From NCBI RefSeq assembly GCF_009914755.1, contig NC_060936.1: a DNA stretch of 64,000 bases; one strand, written 5' to 3'. Positions within the stretch are counted from its first letter, which is position 1. The number at the start of each line of letters is the position of its first letter. Positions 26,266 to 43,166 of the stretch are shown piece by piece. The translations under genes were made by a program, and so were the position numbers. The notes under the pieces were generated by a model. The model did no database searches, had not been told where the DNA came from, and was given only the letters and a program-made list of their open reading frames with translations. The DNA is from the human T2T-CHM13v2.0 reference genome, Homo sapiens.

Positions 26266-26267
26266 TC

Positions 26268-28014
26268 TTAGTCCTCTAAATGCTTGGCCCCCGCTAAGCT
26301 GATCAGATCAGGATCTGCCTTTGAAGCACCATGACTAGCAACCGAATGCTGTCCTCGAGTGTTAGACCATTGACTATCATCTTCATTCTTTTTTTTTTTT
26401 TATCGGGGCACTCATTTTTCCAGTGGCCGATTTGCCTGAACCTTGTACATTGGTTGCTGTCCAACCGGCACTGGCTTTCCTCTCCCGGTCTTGTCTGCCC
26501 TCTTCCTTGGCCTCTGCCTTGGCTATGCCCTCTAGCAAATCCAGGGTTACTTTCTGTTAGTGCAGTAGCTACAAACTGACTTGTCTTTTTGTTTTTATTT
26601 TTATTTTTAATTTTTTTTTTATTTTTTTTCTTTCTTTCTGCCTCTTCCTTCCGGTTTACATATATTTTGTTTGCTATTTTCAGGAGTTTACTAATATTTT
26701 TTCCTGCAAAGCCTTCTAGCTTCTGAAGCTTTTGTCTTATGTTTCCCTGAGCTTGCCTGACAAAGGTCATATTTATCATAATTTGGTTTTTAGGAGCCTC
26801 CAGAATAACTGGAGTGTATAGTCTATATGCCTCACAAAGCCTTTTATAGAATGCACTTGGGCTTTCATCAGGCTTTTGGCGCACTTCTGATATTTTACTT
26901 TTATTTATTGCCTTCGTTTCTCCTGCTTTTATCCCATTTAGGAGTGTCTTTCTATATAGCTGCAGCCGTTCCATGTCCCTTGCCTCATTTGGGTCCCAGT
27001 TAGGGTCATCATTTGGGTATCGCTCCATGGTGAACTGGTGCGGATTAGGGGTGGTCTCTGGGGCTTCCCCTTCTAACCAGCTGAGAGCTGACTGATTAAC
27101 TCTTTTACGCTCCTCTGTATTAAATAAACTTAGCAAAAGTTATTCAAAATCCGGCCAGGTCAGGTTATGTGTGTTAATAATAGAATTTACCAAATCAATA
27201 AGAGCCTGAGGCTTTTCTGTATAGGAGGAGTTGTGCTGTTTCCAATTTAAGAGATCAGTAGTGGAGAAAGGCTGATAAACATAAAGCCTAGGGCCACCTT
27301 GTATCTGCCCCTGTTCATCATAAACTTGTGTCCTGGTTTCTCTAAGTGGCATCTGCAAATCCCGTGATCAGCCTGAGTGGAGGTGCCCAGCTGCCTTGTC
27401 CTGTCCTTCTCTTTTGTTTTTCTCTAACAGGGGCTTCTGTTCCTCTGGGTTTGGGGAGACTGAGCCTCACTTTCCTCTGAGCCCGACTCTGTGGATGCTC
27501 CTGACTCTGCCTCCTGCTTTATTCTAGCCAAAGATGGGTAGACTGGCACCTATGGGGGCAGACATTCCCTTTCCTCAGGTGGAGCCCGAAGAACTGGTTT
27601 TGGCTAAGGCTTCAAGGATTCCTTTTCCTGGGAGATGCTAGGGGTTTTAGGTTCCTCTGCTTCCTTTGGTTGGGCTGCCTGAGCCACTAATGCCTTGCAA
27701 TATCCCTCTAGGCAGGGCTGTAGCCACTTGGGGTGAGTTTGTGCCACATTGAACCAAGAGTCTATATACGTAAACTGGTCTGGGTATCCTGGTTGTCCTT
27801 CAACTCCAGTGACCACCTTAAACACATGGCCAATTCATTCCCTGTCTATTGTACCTTCAGAGGGCCACCCCACATTGAAAGCAGGCCAGTCTATCTCACA
27901 GTATGTCCTTAACTTTTGAGCATCCGGTTTTATCGCATAATCACCTCTAAATCCTTTTTTAAAATTGTTTATCGTGCACTCCAAGGGAGTTAGTTTAGAC
28001 ACTTTTCCTTTCAT
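26268..28014 (-). pseudogene. gag: HERV15 gag remnant
   Basis: ATG at 28014 (MKGKVSKLTPLEC..WPAFNVGWPSEG), CA YQPFSTTDLLNWK, MHR QKPDESPSAFYKRL and a degenerate zinc knuckle GHWKNECP. Stop at 26268-26270. Confidence 0.9.
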
Positions 28015-28933
28015 TTTCTTCCTTGCGGTGCACTTTCACTTTTACTTTTACTCTCAGGTTCACCAGACCGGGTCCTATTACAGGAATTTTGGACAGTGTT
28101 TAGCTAGGAACGTTCCTTCCCCTCTTACAGCCTGCTGCAGACATGGAGCTGGTCCTATCAGCCATACACAATGTCCTAAGTCTGATTTTCCCCCACAGTC
28201 GCCTCAGAGCACACAGCCTGCGCTAAGGGCTCTGTGCCTCCCCATCACTCCCCACATTGGCCTCTCCCAAGACCGTTTCTTTCACACACTTTTACACACC
28301 TCCCCCACCTGAGGACTCCTCACTGGATGAAATGAGCCTCTCTCATGTCCCAGGTGAGCCTAGTTAGGCTTCCACATTCACACACGTACACACACCACTC
28401 CTACCCCAGGACTCCTCATGGGATGAAATGAGTCTCTCTTGTGTCCCAGGTAGGTCCACACACACCCACACACTCCCAGTTGGGGTTGCAAGCCACTCTT
28501 GCCACCCTGCCAGCAAGCTCTTCCTTGCTGCACTTGCCTCTCTATCAGCCCTTTTTCTCCACCAGTGAACCACTTTTACTTTGTTAGGGGAACATGAGAT
28601 TCATCCAAATTGGCAGGCCACTCCTGCCACCCCCAGCCACTCTAGGTTGGATTAGTGGTCAGTCCCCAGGAGGTGATCAAGCTCCACTTCCTCCCTATGG
28701 GATGGGCTTTCCTGCCTTGGGCAGTTTCTCCTTACCGCAGTTCCTGAAGTGCTAGTATTGTCCTGTAGCCTCATCCCCAGTTCTGTTTTGCTGCTGGGTA
28801 GGCTGCCAGGATGCAGGGAGAGCTGGTCTCCATCCAGGTGAAGGTCCCCTAGGGTGCACCTTGCATGCTGGGTCTCCCCCGGCCCTGGGGCTCTAGTCCC
28901 ACAGACAAAGGAGACAGTAAATCTGTCATCTCT

Positions 28934-28953
28934 GATCCCTGTATGGGCCACCA
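28934..28953 (-). promoter_or_regulatory. Primer-binding site, tRNA-Ile
   Basis: Minus strand tggtggcccatacagggatc just inside the 5' LTR. This matches the complement of the tRNA-Ile(AAU) 3' end (TGGTGGCCCGTACGGGGATC) with two CpG-type changes. Confidence 0.88.
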
Positions 28954-28957
28954 GAAA

Positions 28958-29450
28958 TGTTTCGGGATAATTTAGGAATCAGAAAGACTGAGAAGTTGAG
29001 GAGGATTTATTATTATTATTATTTAGGTCCACCAGCCCAGTCAGATTAACATTCAAAAATGACTGAGCCCCCAAACAAAGAGTCAAGTTACCTTTTAAGC
29101 ATTTTGTAGGGTTGGGGGAGATCTGTGTAGGGGAAGCATATTACAGAAGTGAGAAACAAAGACAGTTATTCAGTTGAGACTTGTATTACATCATTTGTTA
29201 CTTTTCAAGAAAAAACATGTTTTACAACTTAAGTTTATCTGTCTAGTGACCTTGCAGCTGCATAGCTAGAGAAACGGTCTTCACAATGCCTGGGAAAGTG
29301 AGAGATAAGGCTCACTAGCCAGACAGAAAAACAGGCAGTTAATTTTTAAAGGACTCCACCTCTTTCTCTTTCTCAGGGGGAATTGGGTTTTCTTACATAC
29401 AACTGAGTTTTTGCTTACATATTCTTTAATTTCGTTTAATTCCTGTTCCA
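28958..29450 (-). mobile_element. 5' LTR15
   Basis: Near copy of 19418-19916; the minus strand starts tggaacaggaattaaacgaaattaaagaatatgtaagc. Confidence 0.9.
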
Positions 29451-30695
29451 TTGGTTCTTTGAAAGGACAAATAAAATTGATAGACCATTAACAAGATTAA
29501 CCAAGAAAAGAAGAGAGAAAATCCAACTAACCTCACTAAGAAATGAAACAGGGGATATTACAACTGACACCACTGAAATATTAAAGATCATTCAAGGGTA
29601 CTATGAACACCTTTAGGCACATAAACTAGAAAACCTAGAAGAGATGGATAAATTCCTAGAAAAATACAAATGTCCTAGCTTAAGTCAGGAAAAATTAGAT
29701 ACCCTAAACAGACCAATAACAAGCAGCAAGATTGAAATGGTAATTTTAAAATTACCAACAAAAAATCCAAGGACCAGACAGATTCACAGCAGAATCCTAC
29801 CAGACATTCAAAGAAGAGTTGATACCAATCCTTTCACACCATTCTATAAGATAGAGAAAGAAGGAACCCTCCCTAATTCATTCTATGAAGCCAGCATCAC
29901 CCTAATACTAAACCATGAAAGGACATAACCAAAAAAGAAAACTACAGTCCAATATCCTTGATGAACATAGATGCCAAAATCCTTAACAAAATACTAGCTT
30001 ACCGAATGCTTACCGAATCCAACAACATATCAAAAAGATAATCCACCGTGATCAAGTGGGTTGCATACCAGGGAGACAGGAATGGTTTAAAATATGCATG
30101 TCAGTAAATGTGATACACCACATAAACAGAATTAAAGACAAAACTCACATGATCATATCAACAGATGCATCAGCAAAATAGGCATAGAAGGGACATATCT
30201 TAATGCAGTAAAAGCCATCTATGACAAACCCACAGCCAACATAATACTGAATGGGGAAAAGGTGAAAGCATTCCCTCTGAGAACTGGAACAAGACGAGGA
30301 TGTCCATTCTCACCACTCCTCTTCAACATAGTACTGGAAGTCCTAGCCAGAGCAATCAGAAAAAAAGAAAGAGAGGAAATCCAAATCAGTAAAGAGGAAG
30401 TCAAACTGTTACTGGTTGCTGACAATATGATCTTTGACCTTGAAAACCCTGTGGACTCCTCTAGAAAGCTCCTAGAACTGGTAAAAGAACTCAGCAAAGT
30501 TTCCAGATACAAGATTAATATACACAAATCAGTAGCTCTTCTCAACACCAACAGCTACCAAGGAGAGAATCACATCAAGAACTCAACCCCTTTCACAATA
30601 GCTGCAAAACAAAACAAAACAAAAACAAACAAAAAAACAAAAAACTTAGGAATATACCTAGCAAAGGAATCTAAAGGCCTCTACAATGAAAATTA

Positions 30696-30913
<218 letters not shown>

Positions 30914-32189
30914 TCATAGATGACACAAACTAATGGAAACTCATCCCCATGATTATGGATGGGTAGAATCAATATTGTGAAAATTACCATTCTGTTAAAG
31001 GCAATCTACAAACTCGATGCAATCCCCATCTGAATACCACCATCGTTCTTCACAAAATTACAAAAACAATTCTAAAATTCATGTGGAACAAAAAGAGAGC
31101 CACATAGCCAAACCAAGACTAAGCAAAAAGAATAAACTTGGAGGCATCACACCTCTTGATTTCAAACTGTACAATAAGGCCATAGTTACCAAACAGCATG
31201 GTACTGGTTTAAAAATAGGCATATAGACCAATGGAACAGAAGAGAGAACCCAGAAATTAACCCAAATACTTACAGCCAACTGATCTTCGACAAAGTAAAT
31301 GAAAACATAAAGTGGGGAAAGGACACCTTTTCAACACATGATGTTGGGATAATTGGTGAGCCACATGTAGGAAAATAAAACTGGATTCTCATCTCTCACC
31401 TTATACAAAAACCTACTCAAGATAGATTAAGAACTTAAACCTAATTCCTGAAACCATAAAAATTCTAGAAGATAACACTGGATAAACCCTTCTAGACACT
31501 GGCATAGGCAAGGATGTCATGACCAAGAACCCAAAAGCAAATGCAATACAAATAAAGATAAATAGCTGGGACCTAATTAAACTAAAGAGCTTTTGCATGG
31601 CAAAGGGAACAGTCAGAAGAGTAAATAGACAACCCACAGAGTGGGAGAAAATCTTCATAATCTATACATCTGACAGAGGACTAATATCCAGAATCTACAA
31701 CAAACTCAAACAAATCAGTAAGAAAAAAACAAGCAGCCCCATCAAAAAATGGGCTAAGGATATGAATAGACAGTTCTCAAAAGAAGATATACAAATGGCC
31801 AACAAACATAAATAAAAATGCTCAACATCACTAATGATGCGGGAAATGCAAATCAAAACCACAATGCAATGCCACCTTACCTCCTGCAACCCAAAAATAA
31901 AAAAAAAGTAGGTGTTGCCATGGATGCAGTAAACAGGGAACACTTCTACACTGCTGGTGGGAATGTAAACTAGTACAGCCACTATGAAAAACAATGTGGA
32001 GATTCCTTAAAGAACTAAAACTAGAACTACCATTTGATCCAGCATTCCCACTACCATGTATCTACCCAGAGGAAAATAAGTCATTATTCAAAAAAGATAC
32101 TTGCACATGCATGTTTATAGCAGCACAATCCACAAAATCAGGGAACCAACCCAAGTCCCCAGCAATCAACAAGTGGATGAAGAAACTGT

Positions 32190-32191
<2 letters not shown>

Positions 32192-32244
<53 letters not shown>
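32192..32244. repeat. (TA)n microsatellite
   Basis: About 26 perfect TA units inside the L1PB1 3' region. Confidence 0.97.
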
Positions 32245-32249
<5 letters not shown>

Positions 32250-32629
32250 AATACTATGTAGCCATAGAAAGGAATGAATTAACAGCATTTGCAGTGACCT
32301 GGATGAGATTGGAGACTATAGTTCTAAGTGATGTAATGCAGGAACGGAAAACTCAACATCGTATGTTCTCACTGATATGTAGGAAATAAGCTAAGGACAC
32401 AAAGGCATAAGAATGATGTAATGGACTTTGGGGACTTGGGGGGAAGAGTGGGAGGGAGGCGAGCAATAAAAGAGTATGAATATGGTGCAGTGTATACTGC
32501 TTGGGTAATGGGTGCATCATAATCTCACAAATCACCGCTAAGGAACTTACTCATGTAACCAAATACCATCTGTACCCCAACAACTTATAGAAAAATAAAA
32601 TTAAAATAATAAATGAAAAATAAAGTATA

Positions 32630-33772
32630 ACACACCAAGAAAGTGAACAGACAACCCATAAAATGGGAAAAAATAATTGCAAACTATCCATCTGACAAAG
32701 GATTAATAATCACAATATATAAGGAGCTCAAACAACTCTACAAAAAAAATCTAATAACCTGGTCATAAATGGCAAAAAAGATTTGAATATATATTTCTCC
32801 AAAGAAGACATACAAATGGCAAACAGGCATATGAAAAGGTGCTCAACATCACTGATAGAGAAATGCAAATTCAAACTGCAGTGCGATATCATCTCACTGG
32901 AGTTAAAATTGCTTATATTCAAAATACAGGAAATAACAAATGCTAGTGAGAATTTGGAGAAAAGGGAACCCTCATATACTGTTGGGGGGAATGTAAATTA
33001 GTATAACCACTATAAAGAACATCACTAATGTTTTATAGTTTTGAGGTTTTTTATGTTTTGAAGTTCCTCAAAAAACTAAAAATTGAGCTACCACATTATC
33101 CAGCAATCCTACTGTTGGGTATATACCCTAAAGAAAGGAAATCAGTATGTTGAGATATCTATACTCCTGTGTTTGTTGCAGCACTATTTGCAATAGCTAA
33201 GATTTGGAAGCAACCTGAGTGTCCATTAAGAATGGATTAAAAAATGTGGCAGATATACACAATGGAGTACTATTCAGCCTTAAAAAAGAATGAGAACCAG
33301 TCATCTGCAAGACCATGGATGGAACTGGAAATCATTATGTTAAGTGAAATAGCCAGGCACAGAAAGACAAACATCACATGTTCTCACTTATTTGTGGGAT
33401 CTCAAAATCAACCCACTTGATCTCATGAACATAGAGTGTACAAGGATGATTACCAGAGGCTGGGGAGGATAGTGGGGAGCTAGGGTGAGGTGGGCATTGT
33501 TTATGGGTACAAAAAATAATTAGAATAAATGACAGTTGCTATTTGATAGCACAATAGGGTGACTATAGTCAATAATAACATAATTGTGCATTTTAAAATA
33601 ACTTAAAGAGTGTAATTAGATTGTTCACAACACAAAAATAAATGCTTGATGGGATGGATGTCCCATTCTTTGTGATATGATTATTTAACTTTGTATGTCT
33701 GTATCAAAACATCTCATGTATGTTATAAATATGTACACCTATATACCCACAAAAATTAAAAATTAAAAAATT
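32630..33772 (+). mobile_element. L1MA (L1MA2-like) 3' fragment
   Basis: ORF2 C-terminus and an L1MA-type 3'UTR (tatttgatagcacaatagggtgactatagtcaataataa..tacccacaaaaattaaaaatt). Confidence 0.8.
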
Positions 33773-35277
33773 ATAAGACACTAGACTCAATTTGAATTTT
33801 GGGTAAGGTTATTATTTGTATAAATATCTTCCAATACTTGCTTAAACATATTACAACAAATATGCAAATATTGCATAGCTATACTGAAAAGTTATTCATT
33901 GCTTATCCCAATTTTAAACTTTACTGTGTTTCTTATATTTTCTCTCAGTGAATCTGACACATCCATTATAGAAGTATCATAGGATTTACAATAACATTTT
34001 ACAGATGTGGGGAAAAAAGAATGAAAGAAAAATTCTTAGAGGTCATATGGGTTGGTAAGAGTATAAAAGAAAACAGTCCCATATGATACATTAAAAACAT
34101 AAATCAGGATGTACATGTCAGATCTCACCAGAAGACGTGGCAACCAGATTGTCCTTGGGCTGAGGGAGAAGTCCCTGAGCACTCTCAGAGACAGACAGTG
34201 CAAATCAAGTTCATTCTCACTGTGCTTGCTTAACCTTCAAAATTGTGTAAGTCCCTAAGTATATATATATAATCATGAGTAGTTGTGGGAAAAATAACAC
34301 CATTAAATGTACCAAAACGAAAGACTGATCACAAATACTGCAGATGTTTAGATCAGATGTCTGAAGCAAAGAAAGGGAATGTAATAAAAAATAAAGTAAA
34401 TCAAGCTCAATAAATCTGTTTCCTCATCTTTATAATAATGTCAAATTTGTTGAGATTTTTAAAAAATGGCATGATTTGTCTACAGATCCTTGTATTCTGT
34501 CTGGCTTAAATTAAATGCATATACAACTTATATAATAAAATACTGGGCTGTTTTATTATTATATTGATAATTTCTTGTTCACCACCACTTTGATCATATT
34601 CTATAAACAGCACTGTGAGACCTATGACTGGATATCAACAACATAAAGTGATTATGAGAGTTTCATGTGACAGATGAAAGAAGGTTGGTTAGTGCAGTGG
34701 CAATAGTCAGCAACCTGAGAAACTGAGCTCACAATTTTAGAAAAGTATTATTCTTCCTAACTAGATATTTCCATGAAAAGAACCTTGTGAAATGCAGAAA
34801 TGCCAAAAGAATAATTATAAGATAATAACAAAATAACTAAAATACTCTAAATTTCTCTGACAATTTAACTTAATGCAGGGTGCAGCCAGAATCACAATGT
34901 TTACTAACATAGCTATTTATGATCTCAATACATTTAATTCTTAGCTCATTGAGGAAAAATGTAGTAGAACTGCTATTGCAGAGACAAAAGACAGAAAACA
35001 GGGGAGGGGATCGGGAGCCAAGATGGCTGAATAGGAACAGCTCCAGGCTACAGCTCCCAGCATGAGCGACACTGAAGACAGGTGATTTCTGCATTTCCAA
35101 CTGAGGTACTGGGTTTATCTCACTGGGCAGTGCCAGACAGTGGGTGCAGGACAGAGGGTGCACCGCACTGTGCATGAGCCAAAGGAGGGTGAGGCATCGC
35201 CTCACCTGGGAAGCGCAAGGGGTCAGGGAATCCCCTTTCCTAGTCAAAGAAAGGGATGACAGACGGCACCTGGAAAA

Positions 35278-35460
35278 TCAGGTCACTCCCACCCTAATAC
35301 TGCACTTTTCCAACAGGCTTAACAAACAGCACACCAGGAGATTATATCCCGTACATGGCTCAGAGGATTCTACGCCCATGGAGCCTTCCTCATTGATAGC
35401 ACAGCAGTCTGAGATCAAACTGCAAGGCGGCAGCGAGGCTGGGGGAGGGGCGCCCGCCAT
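35278..35460 (-). pseudogene. L1 ORF0 (antisense 5'UTR ORF), truncated to 60 aa
   Basis: MAGAPPPASLPPCSLISDCCA...IRVGVT* matches the primate L1 ORF0 N-terminus; premature TGA where the consensus has CGA. Confidence 0.8.
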
Positions 35461-36034
35461 TGCCGAGGCTTGAGTAGGTAAACAAAGTGGCCTGGAAGCT
35501 CAAACTGGGTGGAGCCCACCACAGCTCAAGGAGGCCTGCCTGCCTATATAGGCTCCACCTCTGGGGGCAGGGAACAGACAAACAAAAGGCAGCAGGAACC
35601 TCTGCAGTCTTAAATGTCCCTGTCTGACAGCTTTGAAGAGAGTAGTGGTTCTCCCAGCATGCAGCTTGAGATCTGAGAACAGGCAGACTGCCTCCTTAAG
35701 TGGGTCCCTGACCCTGAGTAGTCTAATTGGGAGGCAATCGCCAGTAGGGGCAGACAGACACCTCACATGGTGTCAGTCACCTCTGAGACAAAACTTCCAG
35801 AGGAATGATCAGGCAGCAGCATTTGAGGTTCACCAATATCTGCTGTTCTGCAGCCACTGCTGCTGATATCCAGGCAAACAGGGTCTGGAGTGGACATCCA
35901 GCAAACTCCAACAGACCTGCAGCTGAGGGTCCTGACTGGTAGAAGGAAAACAAACAAACAGAAAGGACATCCACACCAAAAACCCATCTGTACGTCACCA
36001 TCATCAAAGAACAAAAATAGATAAAACCACAAAG

Positions 36035-37048
36035 ATGGGGAAAAAACTGAGCAGAAATACTGGAAACTCTAAAAATCAGAGCGCTTCTCTTCCTGCAAAG
36101 GAATGCAGCTCCTCACCAGCAATGGAACAAAGCTGGATAGAGAATGACTTTGACGAGTTGAAAGAAGAAGGCTTCGGAAGATCAAACTACTCTGAGCTAA
36201 AGGAGGAAGTTCAAACCAATGGCAAAGAAGTTGAAAATGAAAAAAAATTGGACGAATGGATAACTAGAATAACCAACACAGAGAAGTCCTTAAAGGACCT
36301 GATGAAGCTGAAAAACATGGCACGAGAACTACGTGATGAATGCACAAGCCTCAATAGCTGATGCAATCAACTGGAAGAGAGGATATCAGTGATGGAAGGT
36401 GAAATGAATGAAATGAAGCGAGAAGAGAAGTTTAGAGAAAAAAGAATAAAAAGAAACGAAAAAAGCCTCCAAGAAATATGGGACTATGTGAAAAGACCAA
36501 ATCTACATCTGATTGGTGTACCTGAAAGTGACAGGGAGAATGGAACCAAGTTGGAAAACACTCTGCAGGGTATTATCCAGGAGAACTTCCCCAATCTAGT
36601 AAGGCAGGCCAACATTCAAATTCAGGAAATACAGAGAATGCCACAAAGATAGTCCTCAAGAAGAGCAACTCCAGGACACATAACTGTCAGATTCACCAAA
36701 GTTGAAATGAAGGAAAAATGTTAAGGGCAGCCAGAGAGAAAGGTCAGGTTACTCACAAAGGGAAGCCCATCAGAATAACAGCTGATCTGTCTGCAGAAAA
36801 TCTACAAGGCAGAAGAGTGTGGGGGCCAATCTTCAACATTCTTAAAGAAAAGAATTTTCAACCCAGGATTTCATATCCAGCCAAACTAAGCTTCATAAGT
36901 GAAGGAGAAATAAAATCCTTTACAGACCAGCAAATGCTGAGAGATTTTTGTCAGCACCAGGCCTGCCTTAAAAGAGCTCCTGAAGGAAGCAGTAAACATG
37001 GAAAGGAACAACTGATACCAGCCACTGCAAAAACATGCCAAATTCTAA
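36035..37048 (+). pseudogene. L1 ORF1 remnant
   Basis: MGKKLSRNTGNSKNQS.., EIWDYVKRP and FQPRISYPAKLSF, broken by stops and frameshifts. Confidence 0.92.
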
Positions 37049-37890
37049 CTACCGTCAAGGTTAGGAAGAAACTGCATCAACTAATGAGCAACATAGCCAG
37101 CTAACATCATAATGACAGGATCAAATTCACACATACCAATATTAACCTTAAATGTAAATGGGCTAAATGCTCCAATTAAAAGACACAGACTGGCAAATTG
37201 GAGAAAGAGTCAAGGCCCTTCAGTGTGCTGTATTCAGGAAACCCATCTAATGTGCAGAGACACACATAGGCTCAAAATAAAGGATTGGAGGAAGATCTAG
37301 CAAGCAAATGGAAAACAAAAAAAGGCAGCAGTTGCAATCCTAGTCTTGGATAAAACAGACTTTAAACCAACAAAGATCAAAGAGACAAAGAAGGCCATTA
37401 CATAATGGTAAAGGGATCAATTCAACAAGAAGAGCTAACTATCCTAAATATATATGCACCCAATACAGGAGCACCCAGATTCATAACACAAGTCCTTAGA
37501 GACCTACAAAGAGACTTAGACTCCCACACAATAATAATGGGAGACTTTAACACCCCACTGTCAACATTAGACAGATCAACGAGACAGAAAGTTAACAAGG
37601 ATATCCAGGAATTGAACTCAGCTCTGCACCAAGCAGACCTAATAGACATCTACAGAATTCTCCACCCCAAATCAACAGAATATACTTTCTTTTCAGCATC
37701 ATGCCACACCTACTCCAAAATTGATCACATAGTTGGAAGTAAAGCACTTCTCAGCAAATGTAAAAGAACAGAAATTATAACAAACTGTCTCTCAGAACAC
37801 AGTGCAATCAAACTAGAACTCAGGATTAAGAAACTCACTCAAAACAGCTCAACTACATGGAAACTGAACAACCTGCTCCTGAATGACTAG

Positions 37891-38829
<939 letters not shown>

Positions 38830-38987
38830 TAATAGCTCACCAAAAAAATAGCAACCAAAAAAAGTCCAGGACCAGATGGATTCACAGCCAAATTCTACCA
38901 GAGGTACAGGGAGGAGTTGGTACCATTCCTTCTGAAACTATTCTAATCAATAGAGAAAGAGGGAATCCTCCCTAACTCATTTTATGA

Positions 38988-39182
<195 letters not shown>

Positions 39183-39185
39183 TGA

Positions 39186-41074
<1,889 letters not shown>

Positions 41075-41841
41075 TAATCATCACTGGCCATCAGAGAAAT
41101 GCAAATCAAAACCATGATGAGATATCATCTCACACCAGTTAGAATGGTGATCATTAAAAAGTCAGGAAACAACAGGTGCTGGAGAGGATGTGGAGAAATA
41201 GGAACACTTTTACACTGTTGGTGGGACTGTAAACTAGTTCAACCATTGTGGAAGACAGTGTGGCGATTCCTCAGGGATCTAGAACTAGAAATACCATTTG
41301 ACCCAGCCATCCCATTACTGGGTATATACCCAAACAATTATAAATCATGCTGCTATAAAGACACATGCACATGTATGTTTATTGCGGCACTATTCACAAT
41401 AGCAAAGACTTGGAACCAACCCAAATGTCCAACAATGATAGACTGGATTAAGAAAATGTGGCACATATACACCATGGAATACTATGCAGCCATAAAAAAT
41501 GATGAGTTCATGTTCTTTGTAGGGACATGGATGAAGCTGGAAACCATCATTCTCAGCAAACTATCGCAGGGACAGAAAACCAAACACCGCCTGTTCTCTC
41601 TTATAGGTGGGACTAGAACAGTGAGAACACATGGACACAGGAAGGGGAACATCACACACTGGGGACTGTTGTGGGGTGGGGGGAGGGGGGAGGGATAGCA
41701 TTAGGAGATATACCTAATGCTAAATGATGAGTTAATGGGTGCAGCACACCAACATGGTACAGGTATACATATGTAACAAACCTGCATGTTGTGCACATGT
41801 ACCCTAAACCTTAAAGTATAATAGTAATAAAATAAAAAAAA

Positions 41842-42253
41842 GATTAGAAAAAGAAACATCCTTATCATTGCACTATTTTTGATTTTTGAAAAAGTTTCAA
41901 AGAACACTCAGATTTGTATTCTATTTTAAATTTGCAAATACCCTATGAAATCCTCCCCTCCCATTTTTTAAAAGATGTATAAAAATAATAGAAGCAATGA
42001 AACCACAGTTTGAAACGTGCAAGATACTGGGAAATGGGAAAAGTCATTCTATACCATTGTGTTAACCAACAATAATCACTATTTTAGTGTTTTTCCTCCT
42101 TGTACTTCCTATGCATTAAATTCAGGTTTTCATTAATTGTACATTTTTATATCTAGCTCCTTTTGGTTTGACATTGTATGAGAAGCATTTTTCTGTTACA
42201 TACATGTTATGTGTAAATATAAATAATTCAGTGGATTTATATTTAAAAAAAAA
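41842..42253 (+). other. Putative L1 3'-transduced segment with second poly(A)
   Basis: Lies between the L1 tail and an A10 run (42245-42254) that is followed by the 17-bp TSD copy. TATAAA variant signal at 42218-42223. Confidence 0.8.
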
Positions 42254-42363
42254 AGAAAACAGGGGAGGGGCTTGATCACAAGCCATGTTACAATTTTTGG
42301 AAACTTCTAAAAATCCTACGTGGTGATAGGTTTTTCTTATCTCATTATTAAAGAATATATGAG

Positions 42364-42754
<391 letters not shown>

Positions 42755-42868
42755 TTAATAATAAAAGCCCAGTGTTATATTATGTAAGTTGTTCATAAAT
42801 TTAAGTGAGGTAGAGAAATGAAGATCTGTAGACAAGTCATGTCATTTATTTTTAAAATCTCAACATAA

Positions 42869-43166
<298 letters not shown>

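Larger units (their letters stand above)
19418..29450 (-). mobile_element. Full-length HERV15 (RRHERV-I, ERV1) provirus
   Basis: Paired LTR15 at 19418-19916 and 28958-29450. 4-bp TSD ttgg at 19414-19417 and 29451-29454. tRNA-Ile PBS and gag-pro-pol-env remnants on the minus strand. Confidence 0.93.

Noticed and set aside
19418-29450. Identity with the AZFa-flanking Y-chromosome HERV15 proviruses
   Set aside because: The family matches, but as I recall the AZFa copy has a much longer L1 insert, and nothing here points to that locus.
29997-30018. 11-bp tandem duplication gcttaccgaat in L1PB1
   Set aside because: An ordinary small slippage duplication in a dead element.
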